Shown here one piece after another: positions 36,801-49,095 of a DNA stretch of 64,000 nt. The notes beneath the pieces are model-generated. The model saw only the letters and a program-made list of their open reading frames with translations. It had not been told where the DNA came from and ran no database searches. Source of the DNA: Azolla caroliniana (lineage: Eukaryota; Plantae; Polypodiophyta). The DNA is taken from positions 10,664,001-10,728,000 of the forward strand of contig JBHGNT010000013.1 in NCBI GenBank assembly GCA_043228905.1, given 5' to 3'. Position numbers and translations under genes: made by a program. The first letter of the stretch is position 1, and every line of letters starts with the position of its first letter.

Positions 36801-38332
36801 TCGGATATTGATGGACACGAGGAAACAATCGAGAGGGATTGTTTTTTTACACATTGAATAAAATGCGTACAATCGTTGAGTACAAAAGAAATGGAATGGT
36901 GAACCCAATCAATAAATAAAGAAGAGCTTTTATTATAAAACCAGGGATAACCCAGTATTACATCGGTGGTACTAAGATTCATTACATGGAAGTCTACTTC
37001 CTCTATATAGGTATCAATAGAAATTCCTAAAGAATGAATCGCCCCGTTGATGTGTTGTACTCTTCCATCAGCCAAGTGCACCATGTAGGTGTGATCACTT
37101 ACGGTGGGTTGGATTCCCCATATCTGTACCAAACGATCATTCACAAAATTGTGTGAGCTTCCCGAATCAAATAAAAATTGTACGGTAGATCCATTGATAT
37201 ACCCGTTTGCACGTAGTAAATCATTGGGACCCAATACATAATGAGGGAAAGAACATTGACAATTACTCAAATGATGTGTATAGACCTGAAGGACATTAGG
37301 AATCTGACCTTTATGGTCTGTAGCTTTAGGTTTGGCGTCGTGCTCTTTTCGTTGGAGCTTACGACATTGCTCTTTTGTATGACCCTTCTTTTTGCAGAAT
37401 ACGCAAAAAGGATGTTGTCGCTTATAATCGCGATCCATGAATTCGTTGGGTGTCTTGCGTTTCCCAGCGAATTGCGACTGCTTAGTCCCGGGCGCTTCGT
37501 TGGGTTTGTTATGGTCCTTCTTCGAAGTGCGTTGATAGCGAAGAACTATCTCGACGGCCTCTTCGAAGGATTTTGGATCCTTATCGTGCACTATCCAGTG
37601 ATAGTCCGAATTGGGGATGCCATTGACAAAACAAGCTATTAACCAATTGTCCCCTTCTAGACCCGATTTTTGGATTTGGGTTCTAGCATGGTGGACATAA
37701 TCTTCTAGCGAGGAAAACTTCCTGCTAGAGAGGTTCATTAAAGCTTGTGTTGCCTCAGTTCGAGAGGGAGGTTGTAGAAATTGACCCTTGAAAACTGTGA
37801 CAAAGTCTGTCCAGGTCTCGGGCAATCTCCCCAAAGTTCGGAGCCCACGCCACCAAGCGGCGGCCTTACCCCCTAGTTCTCGGCCGACATATGCAATCTT
37901 CGTACTATCTGGCGTGGGATAGAGCTCAAAATGAGACTCCCATCGGCCCAGCCACGTGCAGATTGCTTCTTCGGTTCTTTCCTTTTTATCTCCCGTAAAT
38001 GGCTTTACGACAAATGATGGTTCACCCTGACGCTCATCAGGTCTATTAATCTCATTTTGGAGACTAATGACTCGTGCCTCGAGAGCACTTTGAGATTGCC
38101 GAAATTCGGTCATCTGCTGCGCGGTTGAACTAAGGAAATGTTGTACTTGTAAAATATACGCCTCAATGGACATTGTCCCAGGAGGATTTCCTTGAGTTCT
38201 TTCCGCTTGAGCGGAGGGCATCGGGTCGTTATTCTGAGCCATTGAATGATTATTTCTGGCAAAGAAATAAGATAAGGTCAGACAAATAGTCATAACATCT
38301 TGTCGTGGTGTAAACATATCATGGGCAAACAT
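33809..38332 (-). CDS. Gag-Pol polyprotein with chromodomain (element B)
   Basis: 1507 aa; about 19 amino-acid differences from the A protein; all catalytic motifs present. Confidence 0.96.
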   Translation of the reverse strand: MFAHDMFTPRQDVMTICLTLSYFFARNNHSMAQNNDPMPSAQAERTQGNPPGTMSIEAYILQVQHFLSSTAQQMTEFRQSQSALEARVISLQNEINRPDERQGEPSFVVKPFTGDKKERTEEAICTWLGRWESHFELYPTPDSTKIAYVGRELGGKAAAWWRGLRTLGRLPETWTDFVTVFKGQFLQPPSRTEATQALMNLSSRKFSSLEDYVHHARTQIQKSGLEGDNWLIACFVNGIPNSDYHWIVHDKDPKSFEEAVEIVLRYQRTSKKDHNKPNEAPGTKQSQFAGKRKTPNEFMDRDYKRQHPFCVFCKKKGHTKEQCRKLQRKEHDAKPKATDHKGQIPNVLQVYTHHLSNCQCSFPHYVLGPNDLLRANGYINGSTVQFLFDSGSSHNFVNDRLVQIWGIQPTVSDHTYMVHLADGRVQHINGAIHSLGISIDTYIEEVDFHVMNLSTTDVILGYPWFYNKSSSLFIDWVHHSISFVLNDCTHFIQCVKKQSLSIVSSCPSISELSCSTLFYCVLDPDIHVYNIDNVSGQLTYFEQKQLDEIVNDFRDVFPSELPDGLPPKRNIDHRIDIVPGVAPISIPPYRLSRSEEDEVAKQLKDYLRMGYIRYSKSPWGAPVLLVKKKEGTWRMCINYRRLNKVTIKNSYPLPRADDLIDRLQGARYFTKLDLRTGYHQIRISEDDVPKTTFRTRYGHYEFLVMPFGLTNAPATFQQEMNDIFREQLGKFVVIFLDDILVYSRTLQEHARHVRFVLQILRDKQFYAKISKCEFFKKSITYLGHLITERGVEIDPSRIEKIKLWPTLRNIRQVRSFLGFVGFLRKSLRNYSQLTTPFTDLLKGQTRKSTKPIVWNATLDLAFKELKDLVCKAPSLLLPDPSKPFEVETDASDYAIGAVLYQDGKPIAFESKKLDSAQCRYTVQEKELFAVIHALKTWRHYLYGNRFVVTTDHESLKYFCDQQDLKGRKARWADLIQDFDFSIRYRKGSMNTVADALSRIREVNMLSFTEITSDLYDHLRGKYPDDNYFAKYWARVESGTDTTTPSKEYFHIANGLLYRNGKVCVPDLPEVKKRILFECHDAPSAGHPGIHRTLVLISTQFYWPKMRPDIHSYVTKCHQCQVNKAERLKAAGLLHPLDIPNNKWESISMDFIVSLPRTQKGHDAIWVVVDRLTKMARFIATKTTVTAPELAYQFVDELFRFYGLPMDIVSDRDPKFTSDFWTQVFKKLETTLSMSSTDHPQSDGQTERVNQIIEDMLRAYVGAKPTKWERYLPILEFAYNSSKHTSTGYSPFMLMYGFQPRAPIDVNIHHDELRSTQNFLRDMQDMLHIARDNIKTAQDRARFYADHHRQPRVFSPGQKVFLRVPHNSKTLSTGKCAKLAPRFCGPFTVLKRIGSSAYRLALPDGVGIHPVFHVSRLKELLGSGDNTVTTETLVTSEDLSSKPHVPERILDVKTKKLRTKEIREFKIKWMDKSIKDATWERETTLTTNFPNFPLQECNVLKRGSMLRA

Positions 38333-39940
38333 TAATCGATATCATGATCTCACGTCAATACCCCTCTAGACGTATGAGATGAGGTTCAAGATCAGGTTAC
38401 TATGGTAACACAGAGGTGTTTTAAAAACCATGGGGGTGACAAATGAATGCCTTTCCCTGATCTCTATATCGATTTTTTTCATGGCGGCTCCCCGAGGCTC
38501 AACCATGTATGTTCGCGTCATGAATAGTTTATACACGAAAAAAATGTTAACAATAACTATGTTTCTGTGCCCACATATGTGGTTTCGGCTCTTTAAGTCC
38601 TATTACGAGGACCCCGAAGTGCACTTAGACCTAAAGTCTAAACATGTATTATAGTCATATGTATCAACGATGTTGTATGGTGTTGGTCATATTTGAACTC
38701 GAGACCTCGAGGACAAATACATTAAACACTTGAGCCAACCAAGTAGATTGCGCGTCTTGAATGTTTAATGTTTGAGGCGTATTCGAGATATGCGAGGCAT
38801 TTGCCCCTATATGTTTTTGTTTAAAAGAAACATATAGGTCAAGTGGCCTTATTTCTCCCTCATTTACCAAAACTATGTTGATACGTTACCTAACCTCAAG
38901 TCTCGTAATTACGATGGCATATGCCAAAGGGCAACCTAATGGTCAAGCCAAATGAGCCCTCATTTCGTAGTAGGCTCACGTGGGCCATCACATGGTCACG
39001 TCATTACGAATGCCTCTCGTAAGAACGAGCTCATGGTGGCATCGTATCCATGTAACGAGGGGAGATGTTGGATACGTGTGTCATTAGAGCGACCCTACTT
39101 GATGTGGATCAAGCCCGACGTATTCAACATCATTTTGACTATACGAGGTTCGTTACGTAACGAAATATCAAAGTGACCAACAGGAATTTCAACAATAAAA
39201 ATTGTTGATAAAAGGGATGGTGACAACGCCATTCTCACAAAAATGTGAGGACGGCCACCAAAATCCTCTCCCCAAGTAGGAAAACATTTGATATGAATCA
39301 CGTAATCTAAAATATACACATATGTCAATATATCACATATATACGATCAGAGACGTATATAAGTGACCACATATGCGTATACTAAATGAATCGTTTTTTT
39401 TATATAGCCAACAATGATGTATTCGGGATACGTAATCGAGGCATATACCTCTACGCACACGAAACATCCGAAAATAAGGTTAAGCGTAATTCGCAATTGA
39501 GGTATTGACCTCTTACGCATAGTAAATCCAACGCATATCATTTCGAACGAATCGAGGTATTGACCTCGTACGCGAACGTAACATATGTTCGTGAACGTAA
39601 TACGCAATTGAGGTAGTAACCTCGTACGCATACGACACTCATCACATATGATTTATATGTCAAACGAGGTATTGACCTCGTGGACATATGTAAACGTTTA
39701 AGATAACCAATTAAATACCACGCCAACATCATTGAATATATGAAAAAAAAACTACATATTAAGTATACACATGTATAGAAGGGAGAAGAAAAATTAGATA
39801 AAAAATTAAGGAAAATTTACCGAAGTTCTTTCGCTAATCCTTGTCTGCATGAAGGCGACCGCACAACGATCAATCGCCATCCCACGCGAAGACAAAAAGA
39901 AAACCAAAAGAAACGTTAGTACATAGGCTCTGATACCAAA

Positions 39941-40405
39941 TATTAGAGATTAGGTACTAAAGTAAGCATAAAATAAGGATATATCAATGATAGATCTAGA
40001 AAGAATAGAGAGAAAAGAGAGAAAGAAGGATGCCGATCCACCCGACCACCCCCGAGCGAAGGGATCGAGACGGACTCGAGCCTCGATCGGCGTCCCATAC
40101 CACCGCCTTGGCGTCGAGTCGTACCTGGACGATAGCGCACTTGCTACAAGAGTCGTTCCACTCACGGACAGAGTCTCGACGTAGTCAATGCATGCCCAAA
40201 TGAGGGTAGCTAGGCCTCTTATTTATAGTAATTCTCAAGGCCCCCAGCCATGTTCACACTTGGCCTCATGGGTTGTCTCAATCCCGAGGATTAAAAGTAA
40301 TCCTCCCCTTCTTTAGACTCTTTGTTTAACCCTCACACTTATCCACGTGTATAGAATACTACGACAATTCTCACCACGGGATATTATATGGTCATGCCCG
40401 TAACA
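39941..40405 (-). repeat. Element B 5' LTR
   Basis: 465 bp, adjacent to the tRNA-iMet PBS TGGTATCAGAGCC. Confidence 0.95.
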
Positions 40406-41529
40406 TACTGGGCATGACCATATAATATCCCGTAACAGCTTGCATAGAGAACTAGGGGTGTAAAATGATTGGGAATAAGATTAATTTAATTGGGACTAGA
40501 AAACATCTAACTATGGCTTGAGTCGATGTTTGGTGCAACGTAACATTAGAAAGAATCATAGGATGAGTCAGCTACTTGAAAGCAATTTTTCTGGAACTTT
40601 GATTGCCAATAGAGCGCCCAATATTTGCCCAACATTTTCTTTCAAGATAGAAGATATTGTGGTACAAGGGTTGTGATCAATGCAATCAAAAGGGATTGTG
40701 CATGGCTTGCCATGTTTTACTCCCAAAAATCCCAATGACATATGCGAGTGTGCCCACTAGTCAAGCAGCATAGACATCCATCCTTCAACAAGAGGAATAT
40801 GAGTAAAGACCTATTGGAGACCTATTGGATGTCATCCACGCGAACGTATGGGGCCCAGCTCAAAACAAGACAATCATTACCTTCATGGATGATTAACTTC
40901 ATTAGCGTCATGGATAATTGTTTGTAGCATACCTTGATATGCTTGATGAAGATGAGAAGTTGAGGTCTTCCCTCACTTTCTCAAGTATCATGTGGAAAAT
41001 GAGACAAATCGCAAGATTCAATGCTTATAGTTCGATGGTAGCCGAGAATACCTCTAAATCGAGTTCACTGGCTATCTCAAACAGGGGGATTTGTCATGAA
41101 CTCCGTTGTTGGTATACACCACAACAAAAATGGTGTTGTTGAGAGGAAGAATCGCACAAATCTTGAGATGGCTTGCACTATGCTATAGGAGAATAACATG
41201 CCAAAGATCTACTAGGCAGATGCAATAATCAGTACTCTGTATCTCACCAATGGGTGCACGACTGAGGTTGTAAATATGAGAAGTATTTCAGAAGAAAGTT
41301 GAACCTTTCCACATGAAGGCTTTTGACAACATTGCATGTGTGTCTCACAACCAAAGCTTGACAAAAGAGAATAAAAAAAACAGAGAGGAGAAGAAAGAGA
41401 GAAAATGGATATATTCTTATTATAAGAGGAAATGCACAAGATCATAAACTATAAGCTTTGACAAAGACTTGCATTGAACAGGAATGGTTTTAACAACACA
41501 TTATGTCATGTTTATATGCTAATAGCATG

Positions 41530-41655
41530 TGCCCCTTGGATATTGTAGGGTCATGACAACCCTTGAAATATTGTGCGGCCATGGAACCCCTTGGAATATT
41601 GTAGGGTCATGACACCCCTTGGATATATGCTAGGGTCATGACAACCTTTGGATGT
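41530..41655. repeat. About 29-30 bp tandem repeat, about 4 copies
   Basis: cccttgga(a)tattgtagggtcatgaca units. Confidence 0.7.
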
Positions 41656-41687
41656 TTGTAGGTTTCAATTTATGGTTTTATTATCGG

Positions 41688-44631
41688 TGTTGCCTTCCTT
41701 CCCGGAGGCGACACCTTCGATTTCCTAGCTGAAATCAGACCAAGAGTTGTGGTACGTGGTGGTCAAGGCGATACCAGAGAACAGGATTTCAAATATGTTA
41801 CATAAGGAAGGTCTCTTCCTTTTGCTAGTATGCAGAGAATGTTTCACCCCATCAATTGCATAAGGGACAACAATCACATAATACAAACACAAGAAATAGA
41901 CCCAAAACTATATGTATTATGAGTATGTAATGAATTCAGTTACACGGCCAACGGCCGGAATTAACAGCAAAGTAATAGTATGACCTAGACCCTCAAAATC
42001 TCGGCATCACGGGCTATAGTTCCCTTCTTCCCCCCCCCCCCGTCTCGTTCTCCTGTTCTTCTTTTTATAGCTTTTCCCTTCCTCTTTGCTTCGGTGCGCT
42101 TTGCTTCTTCCCGTTCTTGGCTACGCATAGTACAGTTGTCTTCGTTCCTTACGGTTGTTCACCTACTTTCACCTACTTCCTATTACGTTTCTTAGAATTA
42201 CAATTTTGGCCCATGGACAACACCTGGCATGCCCATGGTCTTGGTCAAGTTGTCTTTCGGAAGCCAGTGGGGTGGTTTGTCGATCACGACAGATTTCTCT
42301 AGTAATAGATCAATTGTGTTCGGTGACGCTTCGCGGTCGAATCTACCTCCGGGGATGTTTGTTCATCGAGATTCCGTTTTTGTTGGGTTCCCACTAAGCG
42401 TGGGACCTCTGGAACAAGATGTGGGGGTTCTATCTATTTGGCCGGTTTTGGGTTTGGTGTCGGGCGGGGTGAAATTATTTTCAGTACCGCCTTATCACGG
42501 CCACGTATAGTGATGTTGTCCCCTTCTTCGATATTTTTCTCGGCTGGGGTTGTGGTGAGGCCCTAGGTATCGTCATCCTGCCACTCTTCATGCGACAACT
42601 GTAACGTGCACTATCGTTTGGCCTTAGGAGGTGGAGCAGGAAGTGCCAATGTTCAACATGGCGTCTGTGCGCCTAGGGAGGAGGGTAAAGCACGGCGGTG
42701 TATTGTGCTAGTACCAGTAAAAATCGTTTCCCCGATTGAAAGGAGACGATGGCCGCGCAGACTCCTTCGCCTATTATAATACCCCAATCGATGGCTCCAC
42801 CGTGATAAGTCGTGATGGTCAATCCTGCCTTCTTCTTTGGCATGTTATAGGGGTTGGCATGGACGTTGGCGTATTTGAGGAGAAAGTGGGCTAGGTTCCA
42901 GAAGAACTCATTGTGACCCCCATGAGTGTGATGGGCCTTTGCCGAGAGCGAATACTCTCCGAAGTGTTGCTCCAAAATATGTTGGGGTGGCACGTCAATG
43001 TCATGCTTGCCCCCTCTCTGCAGTCGCAGCGCTACACAAATCATATTGTTGCTAATGGTGTCTGGGTGGATGTTCTTGGCGATGGCCTAGGCTTTCGGGT
43101 GAGGAGGTGCTTCGAGGACGTTGAGATAACCCGTTAAGCCGTGTTTGGTTATCCAGGTGCGGAGCTCCTTAGATACTTCGAGCGGCATGTTGTGATCGGA
43201 AAACTCAAAAGGTTGTGGAGATGGAGAGCGAGAGGGAGGTAGGTTACAAAGAGTAAGAGGGTGATATCAAGTTTGAGCAGAACGATTGTGGTCATTGTGG
43301 TTGTTGTTGCTTCTTTTATGTGAATGCCTCGGTTCTTGAGACGTGCCCTTATTCCCTAGATTGAGAATCTTCCCTACCATATTGATAGTTAAGGGCCACG
43401 CGTTGTGTGAACCGTCTATACTTTCTTTTCTTGAAGATCGTTCCTCGTCTTTAAATAGTGAGTGGGTCTCTTTTTTTTTCTTTTTTTTTTATAGTAACAA
43501 TGTACACGTGGAAGGTAGGTAGCAAGAAAGTATTTAAGATAGATTGAGAGAGATTGATATGACGAAAGAGAGATATTTAGATAAAGATTGAACTTTTAAC
43601 TTTTAGATTTAAGAGAGAAGATACATCAACAATAGGATTACAAGTTTCTTATTTTTCCCAAATTTTTCATTAGTTTCATTTGCTTGATTCCTCCACTCTT
43701 TTATAGATGCCCCCATGCATATGGTGCATGTGAGGGTGCAAGACATGCATGTAATGCATGAAATGCATGCAATGCATGCTTGCCATGTCATCATTTAAAC
43801 TCTCATGTATGAGAATTTAAATGTAAAGGTATAATGATAAAAATATAGCTTCTAAGGAAATGACTTAGCTTAGTGGTAAGTATATTGCTTCCTATAGAGG
43901 TGCAAGGTTCAATCCTTGCTCACATCCCTTTTGAAACACAAAATACTCCTAGGCTTTTGGTCTTGTATTTACACCGAAAATCTTCAAAACACCATGCACC
44001 GCGATCAACCGACCGATCCATCTATCCGGTCCCGTCTGTCCCGACCAATCCCAATCCGATCCTGTCCGTCACCATCCGGTCCCGGTCTCAGTCGTCGGTT
44101 GCCGTCTCGTTGGCTCCGTTCGGCCAAAACCTCTACATATAGTTAGGCCACACCCATTCATCCAATTAGTTTAGCTCAAGTCACCTTGAACATTCTATGA
44201 TTCACTCATAAACACAAAGTAATAAATTTTGGCCCTACTTATATACTCTGGGATCCTTATTTGTCTTGTCTATGTGGGATTACTCGTAGTTTTGTTTTTT
44301 TCTCTTCTTCTTCGCAAACTTCATACCCACATAACTTGCCACTTAGTTGTCCATTTTTATGTGATAAAGTGTATTCGAAAGCTCTTGAAGACCTCCATCT
44401 TTTTGTACCAAGATATTAAACTAGTATAAAATAATATCTTCACTATTATTGTTTTATGTTGTGTGTGAAGAACCACACTCAATTTTGTACATTCCATTCA
44501 ATTTTCACACTGTTGGCGAAAATCTTTACAACAACGTGTTGCGGTTGTCTTCGTTCCTTATGGTTGTTCACCTACTTTGACCTACTTCCTATTACGTTTC
44601 TTAGAATTACAATTTTGGCCCATGGACAACA
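41688..44631. mobile_element. Element J: internally deleted LTR retrotransposon with a relic accessory ORF
   Basis: LTR 41688-42222 (TGTTG...CAACA), whose last ~90 bp repeat at about 44544-44631; TSD ATCGG (41683-41687, 44632-44636); broken minus-strand ORF about 43190-42530. Orientation uncertain. Confidence 0.75.
43515..44533 (-). mobile_element. Partial LTR of the H family
   Basis: Colinear similarity to 10540-11414; ends AATCTTTACAACA; A/B-box cassette at 43866-43916. Confidence 0.78.
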
Positions 44632-44799
44632 ATCGGCAAAAATATATATTTATAATTTATTGAATGTTCAAACACTCAAGTTACACATCAAGAAATGATA
44701 TTATTTGGAAAAAGCCTATGATCATGTGAACTAGTATTTCTCTCAAGTGTGATTTATTATGAGGTTTGGTCCTTGTCTATGTCAACTTGTTTTTTGCTA

Positions 44800-46560
44800 G
44801 TACAAAATTTAACATCTCGCGTGATGTTTAACGATGGAGTACTCCAATATTTTTTCTTATTAGATAAATGCAGCAATGGCCACTAAGTCCATTGTTATTT
44901 GTTATTGCTACACATCCTTAACTAGTAATGTTGTCAAATGTTACAACTAGTGATTTGCATATTCCTTCTAGCTAGTGGCACAAGCCTTGGTTGATGATTC
45001 TTTTATATTTCTACATGCCTCAAAAGAAAATCTTGAAAGGAATATACAAGTTTTGGATCAATTTGCCTTGGCTTCAAGGTTGCACATAAATTGGAGGATT
45101 TCTCACCTTAATTCTTGTGTTGAGAGTGATTTGGAATATTTGGGATAGCAAGGCCTAGTGATTACATGAGGATCAATCTATAGGCATTTGGGGTATCCAT
45201 TGGATGTTGATGTTGCAAATGTTCAACTGATTGACTGGATTGAAAATAAATCAAAGGATTGATTATGGTTGTGTTGCATGTATTACTCAAAGTGGTTTCA
45301 CATGTCATGGTACCCATGATATTATATTGTTTATCATTGTTGCCTTGGACCCATAAGGCATTACATACATTATTGCAACCTCTTCAGTTATGTTTTCATA
45401 GAAGGGAGAAAATATGGCAGTTACATGGATTTCATGGAATCATTTGACTACTCCCAAACAATTAGGAGGTGTTTCAATCTTAAATTTGGAAATGCATTTG
45501 ATGGCCCATAGATTTGCATTGTTATGAGATATGTGTCAACAAGTTCAACCATGAATATCTATAATACAATATTTTATTGAGCATGGTGAAGGATTAGTGA
45601 ATGGAATAACTAAGTTCCAAGCATCGTTGTTGCCATTGCTCAGTGGATGCATTCCTCTTAAGATTCAACAATTTGTATATGCTCAACAAATGGTTAGGTC
45701 TTGGCAAGATGCCTTTATTGTTTTGAGTGGGCACCATCAAGTAATCAAGAGCTTTGTCTTTCATTATAAAATGAATTTCTCGTTTCTTCTTAATTGTTGC
45801 ATTGGCATAGAAAGTAGAAGTTGAGAACTCAATTCAATTGTTTGCTTTGATTGGGAGGATGTGTTTGATACTTAATCTCAAACATTGTTGAAATTTGAAA
45901 ATGTAAAACGATGGTTATGCATTCCCCCAAATTACGGTTATTAAGAGAAATTTTAAGATATACAATTGTTACATGGATCTTTGACAATGAAAACAAATTG
46001 TGCTCCTTGGGTGGATTGGCAATTAAAGGATGATACATGCTTGTTACGCATCACTACAAAGATATTGTATCATCATTTAGTGTCGTTGTTGTCTTGGCTA
46101 TCACCTAAAGCATAAAAGATGTGGATAGTATGTTAGTCGAATGCAAGATGGTGGCAAATATTGCAATATGTTTGTCATTTCTATTTTCCATTTCCTACTA
46201 AAGTAATCATAAGTAGACTCGTGATTGATGGGTTCCCTTTAGGTTCAACTTTACGTAGACGAGGATTGGATTCAGGTACATGCTTGTTTTGCACAAATCC
46301 ATAGGAAGACAATACACATGGGCTCATTAAATGCAATATAGCTCATATTAGAGTTTTAACGAGTGTTATCTTGTTGTTATTTGATGCCCCAACAATGGGT
46401 TTTTGCTTAGTATGTTCAAAATGGTCTAGATGTGAGCTTGGAGATCTTGTCCCAAAATTTACAATATTGGGTTCGCAACACATTTGGAATATGTGTTATG
46501 ATTTCATGTTTGATGGTAGACATGGGGGTGAAAGCCTTTGTTAAGAAGTTAAAGGCATTC
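44800..46560 (+). pseudogene. Degenerate L1-type LINE ORF2 (RT and zf-RVT)
   Basis: Eroded motifs in the expected order: PLSPLLFVIA, xxDD, ASxLxIN, HLGYP, PKQLGG, C-x2-C...H...C. Confidence 0.65.
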
Positions 46561-48053
46561 ATTCTAATGTGGAACGTTTAGATGTTGGGAGCATGTTGGG
46601 ATAATTTCCTCAAAGGCATATTTAGGTTTTCTAATGGCTTTATAGGAGGATTTCGTTAGACCTAAATACATACATACGTAGGTAGAGAAGGTTGCTAAGA
46701 AGTCAATAACAATTATTATAATTACATACGCTTTTGATCGAGAGAGGGGGGTTTACTATTTGTGAGATCTTATTCTTGTTAAATTACATTATATGGTAGT
46801 AGAGCACGAATTGGTTGGATTGAGTTTGCCATCAAGGAAGTCATGCATTGTTCAAGATCTTGTAGATGGCCCTATCATGTTTTTGGCACCTAATCATGAA
46901 AATGTTAGCAAGGCAAAAGATGTGTGAGAAATGTTTACAAATGCTTCCGCCTTGATAGTTAATATGCATAAATCTGTCCTCACTTCATGTACAAAACAAG
47001 ATGTGTTAAGGTTTTTTTTTAAAGCAAAAAGATGTGTTAAGGTTGGTGTGGTCAAGAAGTATAGTGCATGGTGGTGTGATTTGGCATCACCTTGGATATC
47101 CAATCTAGTGGAAATCTCTTATGTGAAATTTATTGAGTAGGTATCTAAAAAATTGGAGGACAAGTTTCTGTATTGAAGATCTCATTTCTAGCATTTTCAT
47201 TTATAGCTTAAGGTGATCCAATCAATTATGGTCAATATGGTATATTATTATCTTCTTTTGCTGACATGGTCGAATAAAGCTCTTGAAATGGTGCCACTCA
47301 ATGCGGATGTAGTTATGGAAGAGAAAAAGGAAATGTGGCATATCGTGGTTAGCAATGGGATCAAGTTTGTACATCTAAGCGTCTTGATGGGGCATCAATA
47401 TTAAATTTATATGAGTATATGGTAGCTCATCAGTTTACCTTCATTCAATTTATGTTTGAGGGTGTACAACCTTAGATGGAAATAGTGGCATGCTTAATTG
47501 AGAAAGCAGGAATTAAGTTTGGAAATAAGATAGTTCTAAGAACTAATTGGTGTAATGTCATCGATTTTGAAAGATATGTCAAATGTGTAGGGTATGTGAT
47601 AGTTTACTCATCCATTGATTGACATATGGGCAGCGTATGTTGGGTTTTGTGCAATGGCATCTTTCATAAGAAAGGAGATATGCCAATTCTTTATAAATGG
47701 AGGTTTTAGCGACATCAAGGTTGTTGGGATTTTAAGATAAACTTCTTAACCTTCGATTTAGTTAGATGGCTAGTTTAGGCTTGGTAACAATGAAGGTTGT
47801 TATGTTGGTTTGATAAGGACGATTAATGTCCTTTCAAATAGCAAGACCATTCATACTCCAAGAGGTTATAGTTGCAAGGGATTCACCTCCCCAATTCATG
47901 CTTTGGGATGATAAGCGACAAGGATTATTATTGTTGCATGACCTAATTCAATTTAGATGGTGGATCTCAAGAACTTGATTGGGCGTTTGTTGGAAACAGG
48001 AGATCGACTATGCATATCAATAAATGATGTTAATGACAATGACAAGTCGATTG

Positions 48054-48645
48054 ATAAACAGAAGTGGATGGAAGAAAGGGTATGGGTGTTTTTCCGTAAG
48101 CCCATTACACAATGGTTCCATGTGTGATCACGACATGTTGCTATTCTCGATTTGACACTAATGGATAAGGTATTTTATTGATTTGGAGCGGAGTTATGGT
48201 TGGAGATTTAGCATTGAGAGGGGGGGGGATGCCTAAAAACAAAGAGAAAGATTTTGCCAATAGTGGAATGTGTGTTTATTTTGTGTGTTCAATGGAATTG
48301 GAACATAGTGAGGCATCGATTTCTTTCTACGGTGGATGGCTATACATACATAAACAGAAGTGGATGGAAGAAAGGGTATGGGTGTTTTTCCGTAAGCCCA
48401 TTACCCAATGGTTCCATGTGTGATCACGAAATGTTGCTATTCTCGATTTGACACTAATGGATAAGGTATTTTATTGATTTGGAGCGGAGTTATGGTTGGA
48501 GATTTAGCATTGAGAGGGGGGGGATGCCTAAAAACAAAGAGAAAGATTTTGCCAATAGTGGAATGTGTGTTTATTTTGTGTGTTCAATGGAATTGGAACA
48601 TAGTGAGGCATCGATTTCTTTCTATGGTGGATGGCTATACATACA
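48054..48645. repeat. 296-bp tandem duplication followed by a (TACA)n microsatellite (to 48688)
   Basis: Near-identical copies start at 48054 and 48350. Confidence 0.92.
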
Positions 48646-49095
48646 TACATACATACATACATACATACATACATACATACATACATACTAGTTTTGGAGG
48701 TGTACCAATTTAGTGTGGATGTCTTTGGCTAGTTTTGGAAATAATGCAAATGCTCTGCTGCTTCTTCTTCTTCTTCAGAACAAAAACAGAAGAAGAAGGT
48801 AAAAAACAGAACAAAAGGTAATAAGAATAAGACGACGCAGGAAACGAAGAAAGGAAACGCAGGAAGCAGACGATAAGAGAAAAGACAGGGAGCTCTTCAA
48901 GCTGAAGGGGGGGAGGAAGAGGAAGAAAACCACAGGAAGTTTAGCCAAAGGCTTTGACAGAGACAGAAGAAGAAGAAGAAGAAGAAGAAGAAGAAGAAAG
49001 GGGAGAGGGTGTGAAGAAGGAAACGCGGATTTGTTTCGGGCCTTCTTTTTTGTTTTGTTTGTTTGTTTGTTTGTTGTTGTTGCGAGGTCTGAGAT

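Larger units (their letters stand above)
33358..40437 (-). mobile_element. Element B: intact chromovirus Ty3/gypsy, same family as A
   Basis: LTRs at 33358-33822 and 39941-40405 (3 differences seen); PBS 39926-39938; PPT about 33825-33836; 32-bp terminal extension; TSD GCTTG (33353-33357, 40438-40442). Confidence 0.96.
32230..41350 (+). pseudogene. Element K: old Ty1/copia relic split by element B
   Basis: Gag/protease-like fragments at 32230-33230 (FWLMDS, DVLHV) and integrase fragments at 40730-41350 (TPQQNGVVERKNR-like); heavily degenerate. Confidence 0.6.

Noticed and set aside
46780-47950. Possible further degenerate retroelement
   Set aside because: No motif could be read with confidence.
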